From Bacillota bacterium (GTDB lineage: Bacteria > Bacillota > JAAYKD01): 64,000 nt of DNA. The notes under the pieces are model-generated. The model worked only from the letters and a program-made list of their open reading frames with translations. It did no database searches and was not told the origin of the DNA. The stretch covers positions 1,504,001 to 1,568,000 of the forward strand of contig OY762825.2 in assembly GCA_963666425.2 (NCBI GenBank), written 5' to 3'. The position numbers and the translations under genes were made by a program. The stretch's first letter is position 1. Every line of letters begins with the position of its first letter. This document shows, piece after piece, positions 58,919 to 64,000 of the stretch.

Positions 58919-59860
58919 ATGGAGAATACGTTTAACATCATCATCACTGTTTTTGCTGTGATCGGGTTTGGCTTTTTTCTCAGCCGCAAAGGGATCATCG
59001 ACGAGAAAATTGCGCAATTCATCGCCAAATTGGTTGTCACTTATGTCGTGCCCTGCACATTAATCAATAACATGATGACCTATTTTTCCCTGGAAAGCCT
59101 GCAGGATGCCGGTTTGGCTCTGCTGGCTCCTTTTCTTTCCATCCTGGCCACCTTTGGCATTGCCCATTTGCTGATTCTGATTTTGAAAATCCCCAAAGGC
59201 CAGCGCGGTGTCTTTGCCGCGCTCTTTGGTTTTTCCAATACAATTTTCGTCGGACTGCCGGTCTGCACAGCCATCTTCGGCGACGCAGCAGCGCCTTTGG
59301 CTCTGCTTTTCTTTGCTGCCAACAGTGTTTTATTCTGGGCCCTGGCGGCGCCCGGAATTCGGCGGGATGCGCCCGGCAATCAGAGCGCCGGCTGGCAGGA
59401 AACCCTGCAGAAGATCTTCACGCCCGCGCTGATCACCCTGATCGTCTGTTTTGCCTTGCTGTTTCTGCGGGTCAGTTTACCAAAGTTTGTCATGGATACA
59501 ACCAAAATCATCGGCGGCATGAGTACACCGCTGGCGCTGACTTATATCGGTTACGTGCTCGCCAGTACTGGCTTAAGCAACTTAAAAATCAGCCGCAATG
59601 TGATCATCGTCTGCCTCGGACGCTTCCTGATTTCTCCCCTTATCACCTTTGGTTTGATGAAGCTCTTCCATATTCAGGGCTTGATCGCCGATGTCAGCAT
59701 CATTCAATCCGCCATGCCGGCAATGGCTCAGGTGCCAATTGTCGCCGCTCTTTATGGTTCCGATCATAAATTCGCTGCGACCTGCACCTCCTTCTCTACC
59801 TTGCTGGGTTTGCTCTTTTTACCGGTCTACATGTATCTCTTCACCCTGCTGGGGATCTAG
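58919..59860 (+). CDS. AEC (auxin efflux carrier / membrane transport) family protein
   Basis: About 10 TM helices with FSNT.FVGLP, TPLAL..IG and SAMPA motifs. Confidence 0.88.
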   Translation: MENTFNIIITVFAVIGFGFFLSRKGIIDEKIAQFIAKLVVTYVVPCTLINNMMTYFSLESLQDAGLALLAPFLSILATFGIAHLLILILKIPKGQRGVFAALFGFSNTIFVGLPVCTAIFGDAAAPLALLFFAANSVLFWALAAPGIRRDAPGNQSAGWQETLQKIFTPALITLIVCFALLFLRVSLPKFVMDTTKIIGGMSTPLALTYIGYVLASTGLSNLKISRNVIIVCLGRFLISPLITFGLMKLFHIQGLIADVSIIQSAMPAMAQVPIVAALYGSDHKFAATCTSFSTLLGLLFLPVYMYLFTLLGI

Positions 59861-59933
59861 ACCGCAATACAAAAAAAACCCAACTTCTTTTCTTGTTTGT
59901 TTTTTGGCAATTTTGTATTTTTTTAAGAATCAC

Positions 59934-59962
59934 TGGACAAATCGACGGGGTCATGCTATAGT
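59934..59962 (+). promoter_or_regulatory. SigA-type promoter upstream of the riboswitch
   Basis: TGGACA-N17-TATAGT with an extended TG. Confidence 0.65.
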
Positions 59963-59992
59963 AGGTTTACGTTCTTTGTAACGTATTAATGT

Positions 59993-60106
59993 GAGAGGGC
60001 TTCTAGGGTTCCGACAGAGCCATGGTTCTGTGCAGGTCCGAGCGAAGCCGCGTTTTGTTCTACAAAACGTACACCGTGAGAATAAAAGACTCTGCGGAAG
60101 GTCTCC
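59993..60106 (+). promoter_or_regulatory. ykkC-yxkD family riboswitch, most similar to subtype 2a (ppGpp)
   Basis: CTAGGGTTCCG...GGTCCGAGCG...ACACCGTGAGAATAAAAGACTCTGCGG, plus a 5' GAGA/TCTC P0 helix overlapping a terminator. Confidence 0.85.
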
Positions 60107-60134
60107 TGTCTAAGGGAGACCTTCCGCTTTTTTT
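60094..60134 (+). terminator. Riboswitch expression-platform terminator
   Basis: gcggaaggtctcc / ggagaccttccgc perfect 13-bp stem followed by T7. Confidence 0.88.
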
Positions 60135-60196
60135 CATGGTTTCTCATATTTCCTCCTCTCTTTTATTTCTACTGTATTGCTGTTTTCTTGCCGGTG

Positions 60197-60234
60197 GCCG
60201 CTGCGAATCTGATTTCGCGGCGGCATTTTTTTTT
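60197..60234 (+). terminator. Second intrinsic terminator in the same leader
   Basis: gccgctgcgaa / ttcgcggcggc stem followed by T9. Confidence 0.7.
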
Positions 60235-60401
60235 AAAAGAGCGAGTCATGGCAGTTCAGCCGGCAAAAAAAGAACCGTTTTGCTGAAATTGCCTGCGTTG
60301 AAGCGGTAGTTTTTCCCTCTGCCGGCAAAGGAATTCATTGCGATGTAACGAATTAAGCACCTATTCTATAAAATTCCACCGTAAAGGAGTGCGATCTCTC
60401 C

Positions 60402-62363
60402 ATGGCAGCTGCAATGACAGTAAAAGATATCTTTTTGCTCAAGGAATTGTCCGATATCCAAATTTCTGCGGATGGCCGCCGCATTGCCTGGCTGCAAACC
60501 GAGACCAATCGGCCAAAGAACCGCAAAGAAAGTGCGATCTGGCTGGCTGACAGCGAGGATGGCAGTCAACCGGCTGCCTTAACCGGGGATCGCAGCGATT
60601 CGAAGCCGCGTTTCTCGCCGGATGGCCAAAAAATTGCTTTTTGTTCGGAGCGCGATCACGAAAATCCCGGCGGGCTTTACCTGATTGCTCTGCAGGGCGG
60701 TGAGGCACGCTTACTGCAGGGAGAGCACAGCCTGGCTTCGGCGCCGCTCTGGTCACCCGACGGATCAAAAATCGCCTTCCTTGCCTTTGTCAAGCAGGAA
60801 GCCGCAGCCCGTTATCGCGGGGAGACAAAGGAGCTCTATCAGCCGCCGGAAGAAGAAATGCTGCGAGCGCCGCAGGTGATCAACTCGATCTCCTACCATA
60901 AGGATGGCCGGGGTTTTACACTCGGCGGTCATAATCAGCTTTTTGTCTTTGATCTCAAGGAGAACACTTGTGTTCAGCTGACCAAAGAACTGCGTAACAT
61001 CGGTCCTTTCATTTGGAATCAAAACGCAACTGCACTCTATTATGCGGTTACTTACATCAATGAGACCAGCTTCCGTTTTCAAAGCCAAGTCCTGCAAGTC
61101 ACCGCCGCCAATCAAGCCTTGCAGCATCTGCTCGATTTTGAGGGCAGCCTCGAAAGCCTCAGCCTGTTCGACCCACAAACCTTGCTGCTCGGCGGCGCCG
61201 ATCAGACTTATCCCAATGGCATCGGTCTCAGCTTGCTTTGGCAGGCAGACTTGAGCGCAAGCATGCCACTGGCACATCAGGAACTGAAATGCCTGAATCC
61301 GCACAGCCTGACCGGTTGTGAGAAGCCGATTTTCACGGCGGCAACGCAAAGCCTGACCTATCTGCGTCTATGGCAAGGCAGCAAGTCGCTTTTTTACTCG
61401 GATGCCGCCGGTGGTTTCGGCACGGAGCTGCCGGCTGCCGAAACTTTAGCGACCGTCACGGATTTCAGCTGTGATCAGGCAGGCAAGCTCGCTCTGATCG
61501 CCAGTGATTTTACACATCCGCCGGAAGTTTATTATAGCGACGGTAAAACGACGCGGCGCATTTCAGCCGCCAATGATGATTTGCTGAAAAAATTCCCCGC
61601 CCTGCCGGCTGAGAAGTTTACCGTAGAAAATGAAGGATTAACCATCGAAGCCTGGCTTGTCAAACCGCCGGAGCGGCAGGCAGGCGTTGCCTTGCCAACC
61701 ATCCTGAACATACACGGCGGACCCACCGGCGTTTATCTGGATGCTTATCAAATCACCTTTCAGCTGCAAGCCTATCAGGGTTATGCCGTCCTCTTTGCCA
61801 ATCCGCGCGGCAGCAGCAGTTATGGCCCCGCCTTCTCGGCAGCCGGCTGCAGCGATTGGGGCGGTGCCGATTACCGCGATTTAATGGCTGCAGTCGATTT
61901 CAGCATTGCACTTGGCATTGCCGATCCGAAGCGTTTGGCTGTGACCGGCTGGAGTTACGGCGGTTACATGACCGGTTGGATCGTGACTCAAAATCAGCGT
62001 TTCAAAGCGGCGGTCGCCGGAGCGATGATTTCCAATTGGCTGACGCTTTACTGTGTCTGCGATATTAATGTCTATGATGAAGGGCTCTGGGATCAGCCGC
62101 TCTTTTTGGATTACAGCAAGGCGATGCAGCGCAGTCCGGTCACTCAGGTCGCTGCGGTAACGACACCGATCCTGCTGCTGCATGGCGGCGCCGATATTCG
62201 CTGCCCGATCGATCAAAGCGAACAATTTTTCTTTGCCTTAAAGCGCATGGGGAAAGAAACGGTTTATGTCTATTATCCCGGTCAGTCCCATGCCTTTAGC
62301 TTACCCGCTTATATTGAAGACAGATGGCAGCGCACCCTGAATTGGATGCGGGAAAGACTATAA
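60402..62363 (+). CDS. S9 family peptidase (acylaminoacyl/dipeptidyl peptidase-like)
   Basis: PD40/beta-propeller FSPDG repeats, IHGGP, NPRGS, GWSYGG, D.RCP..Q and catalytic His in GQSH. Confidence 0.95.
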   Translation: MAAAMTVKDIFLLKELSDIQISADGRRIAWLQTETNRPKNRKESAIWLADSEDGSQPAALTGDRSDSKPRFSPDGQKIAFCSERDHENPGGLYLIALQGGEARLLQGEHSLASAPLWSPDGSKIAFLAFVKQEAAARYRGETKELYQPPEEEMLRAPQVINSISYHKDGRGFTLGGHNQLFVFDLKENTCVQLTKELRNIGPFIWNQNATALYYAVTYINETSFRFQSQVLQVTAANQALQHLLDFEGSLESLSLFDPQTLLLGGADQTYPNGIGLSLLWQADLSASMPLAHQELKCLNPHSLTGCEKPIFTAATQSLTYLRLWQGSKSLFYSDAAGGFGTELPAAETLATVTDFSCDQAGKLALIASDFTHPPEVYYSDGKTTRRISAANDDLLKKFPALPAEKFTVENEGLTIEAWLVKPPERQAGVALPTILNIHGGPTGVYLDAYQITFQLQAYQGYAVLFANPRGSSSYGPAFSAAGCSDWGGADYRDLMAAVDFSIALGIADPKRLAVTGWSYGGYMTGWIVTQNQRFKAAVAGAMISNWLTLYCVCDINVYDEGLWDQPLFLDYSKAMQRSPVTQVAAVTTPILLLHGGADIRCPIDQSEQFFFALKRMGKETVYVYYPGQSHAFSLPAYIEDRWQRTLNWMRERL

Positions 62364-62377
62364 AAAGGAGTGTCGTT

Positions 62378-64000
62378 ATGAAAAACATCTTAACTGCTGC
62401 AAACTTTTTCGATCTCAAAACAATCAGTGATCTGCAGATTGCACCGGACGGCAAAACGGCTGTGTATGTTCTGAACGAAACCAATCTGGAGAAAAACGAA
62501 AAAGTGACCAATCTTTGGCAGGTTGCCACGGATGCCGGCTCACCGCCGCGCCGCTTAACCAGCAGCGGCAAAGACAGCGCGCCGCGCTTCTCTCCGGATG
62601 GCAGCCAGGTGCTCTTTCTCTCTAACCGCGCAGAGCAAGCCAAAGCACAATTTTATACCATCTCCCTGCAAGGCGGCGAGGCGGAGCGGCTCAGCACGGA
62701 AGTCATTCCGGTTTCCGCCGGACTGTGGAGCCCGGATGGCAAGAAAATCGCTTTTCAGGCCGCCGTACCACTGACAGAAGGGCCGCGTTATGCCGATGAA
62801 CCGAAAGAACTCTATACGCTGGGGAAAACTGACAAAGAAAAAAAAGAGGCGCCCCTGGTCATCACAGATACGGATTACCGGGTTGACGGCAAGGGCTATG
62901 TCTTTCAGAATTATCTGCAGCTCTTTGTCCTGGATCTTAGTGAAAAAACAGCCGTCTGCCGGCAAATCACAGCGCAAAAACAACGGCAGGAAGCGTTTTT
63001 CTGGAACCAGGAAAGCACTGCGCTTTATTATGTGATCAATCGCTATGATCAGGCAAGCGTCAGCTACCGCAGCCGAATCTCGAAAATTCAATTAGCCAAT
63101 GCTTTCAGCAGCGACATCGTGGAGTTTGACGGCACGATTAAAAATCCGCTTTTAACAGACGATGGCAGCCGCTTCGTTTGGCTTGGCGCCGACAATTCTC
63201 AGGCCGCCGGCACTAATGTGGAAAGAATTTGGTCGATCGCGCTTTCTGGATCGCAACCCTTGGATCAACAAAATCTCGTCTGTCTGACGCCGGATTGTCA
63301 GGCCACGCGCAGCAATTTACGCTATGCGGCGGAGGAAAAGACGCTCTACTATCTCAAGCAGCATCATGCCAGCGCTTATTTCTGCCGTTTACCCTACTCT
63401 GACGGGCAAATCGGCGCAGAAGCCGACGCCGTCAGCGGTGCCCTGGCTACCGTCAGTGGCTTTGCGGTCAATGCTTTGGGTGAACGCGTCTTTCTCGGCG
63501 AAGACAGCAGCCATCCGGCCGAGCTCTTTGCGGTGAAGGAAGCAAAACCTTTGGGTCTCTCGGCTGTCAATGCTGAATTCTTAGCCAAGTTTCCCCCTTT
63601 GCCAACTGAAAAATTCACTTATGCCGGCGCGGATGGCTGGAATATAGAGGGTTTCCTCGTGCGGCCGCTCGATTATACCGCAGGCACCCGCGCAGCCACG
63701 ATCCTCAGCATTCATGGCGGCCCCACCGGTGTTTATATGGATAGCTTCCAATTCCCTTTCCAATTTTTAGCTTATCACGGTTATGCGGTTGTTTATGTCA
63801 ATCCGCGCGGCAGCATTACCTATGGTCCGGAATTTGCCGCGGCCTGCGTCAACGATCTGGGCGGCAAGGACTTTCAGGATATTATGCTGGGCGTCGATCA
63901 TGTCATCGCCATGGGCGTCGCCGACCCCAATCGTCTGGGCGTGACCGGCTGGAGCTATGGCGGCTACATGACTTCCTGGGCAGTCAGCCAAACGAAGCGC
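62378..64000 (+). CDS. S9 family peptidase, tandem paralogue, truncated by the window edge
   Basis: ATG at 62378 behind AAGGAG. In-frame FSPDG, WSPDG, IHGGP, NPRGS and GWSYGG (63947). Confidence 0.93.
   Translation, partial: MKNILTAANFFDLKTISDLQIAPDGKTAVYVLNETNLEKNEKVTNLWQVATDAGSPPRRLTSSGKDSAPRFSPDGSQVLFLSNRAEQAKAQFYTISLQGGEAERLSTEVIPVSAGLWSPDGKKIAFQAAVPLTEGPRYADEPKELYTLGKTDKEKKEAPLVITDTDYRVDGKGYVFQNYLQLFVLDLSEKTAVCRQITAQKQRQEAFFWNQESTALYYVINRYDQASVSYRSRISKIQLANAFSSDIVEFDGTIKNPLLTDDGSRFVWLGADNSQAAGTNVERIWSIALSGSQPLDQQNLVCLTPDCQATRSNLRYAAEEKTLYYLKQHHASAYFCRLPYSDGQIGAEADAVSGALATVSGFAVNALGERVFLGEDSSHPAELFAVKEAKPLGLSAVNAEFLAKFPPLPTEKFTYAGADGWNIEGFLVRPLDYTAGTRAATILSIHGGPTGVYMDSFQFPFQFLAYHGYAVVYVNPRGSITYGPEFAAACVNDLGGKDFQDIMLGVDHVIAMGVADPNRLGVTGWSYGGYMTSWAVSQTKR

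Overview
Chromosomal window from a Firmicute-like bacterium, inferred from Gram-positive-type promoters/RBS, DnaD, YvlB/YvlD and YmfF/H homologues. Most of it is housekeeping and nutrient-scavenging genes: an ABC exporter (partial), TldD/PmbA, uvrA/uvrC, dnaD plus a DnaC/DnaI-like loader, a fabH-acpP-fabK-fabD-fabG-fabF-fabZ operon, an ECF sigma/anti-sigma pair, many peptidases, an Opp/Dpp ABC system and galE. The standout locus is 33198-37885. It is a hierarchical repeat array: degenerate 8-bp octamers nested in a 129-bp unit that carries a GTAG-type REP-like hairpin. Two identical IS110 elements have inserted into it at the same CT dinucleotide of the REP. The non-coding left end of each IS reads as a bridge RNA whose guides match the REP target and the element's own circle junction, and a sigma70 promoter is rebuilt on circularisation. 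Other notable items: a stand-alone NADAR-like/macrodomain/Tudor-like fusion with no DarT toxin nearby (29616-30998); an unidentified ~220-nt structured RNA candidate with its own promoter and terminator (40192-40415); a ykkC-family, ppGpp-like riboswitch upstream of tandem S9 peptidases; and an ECF-type promoter in front of the fab operon. All family calls come from motif recognition by eye; no database searches were run.
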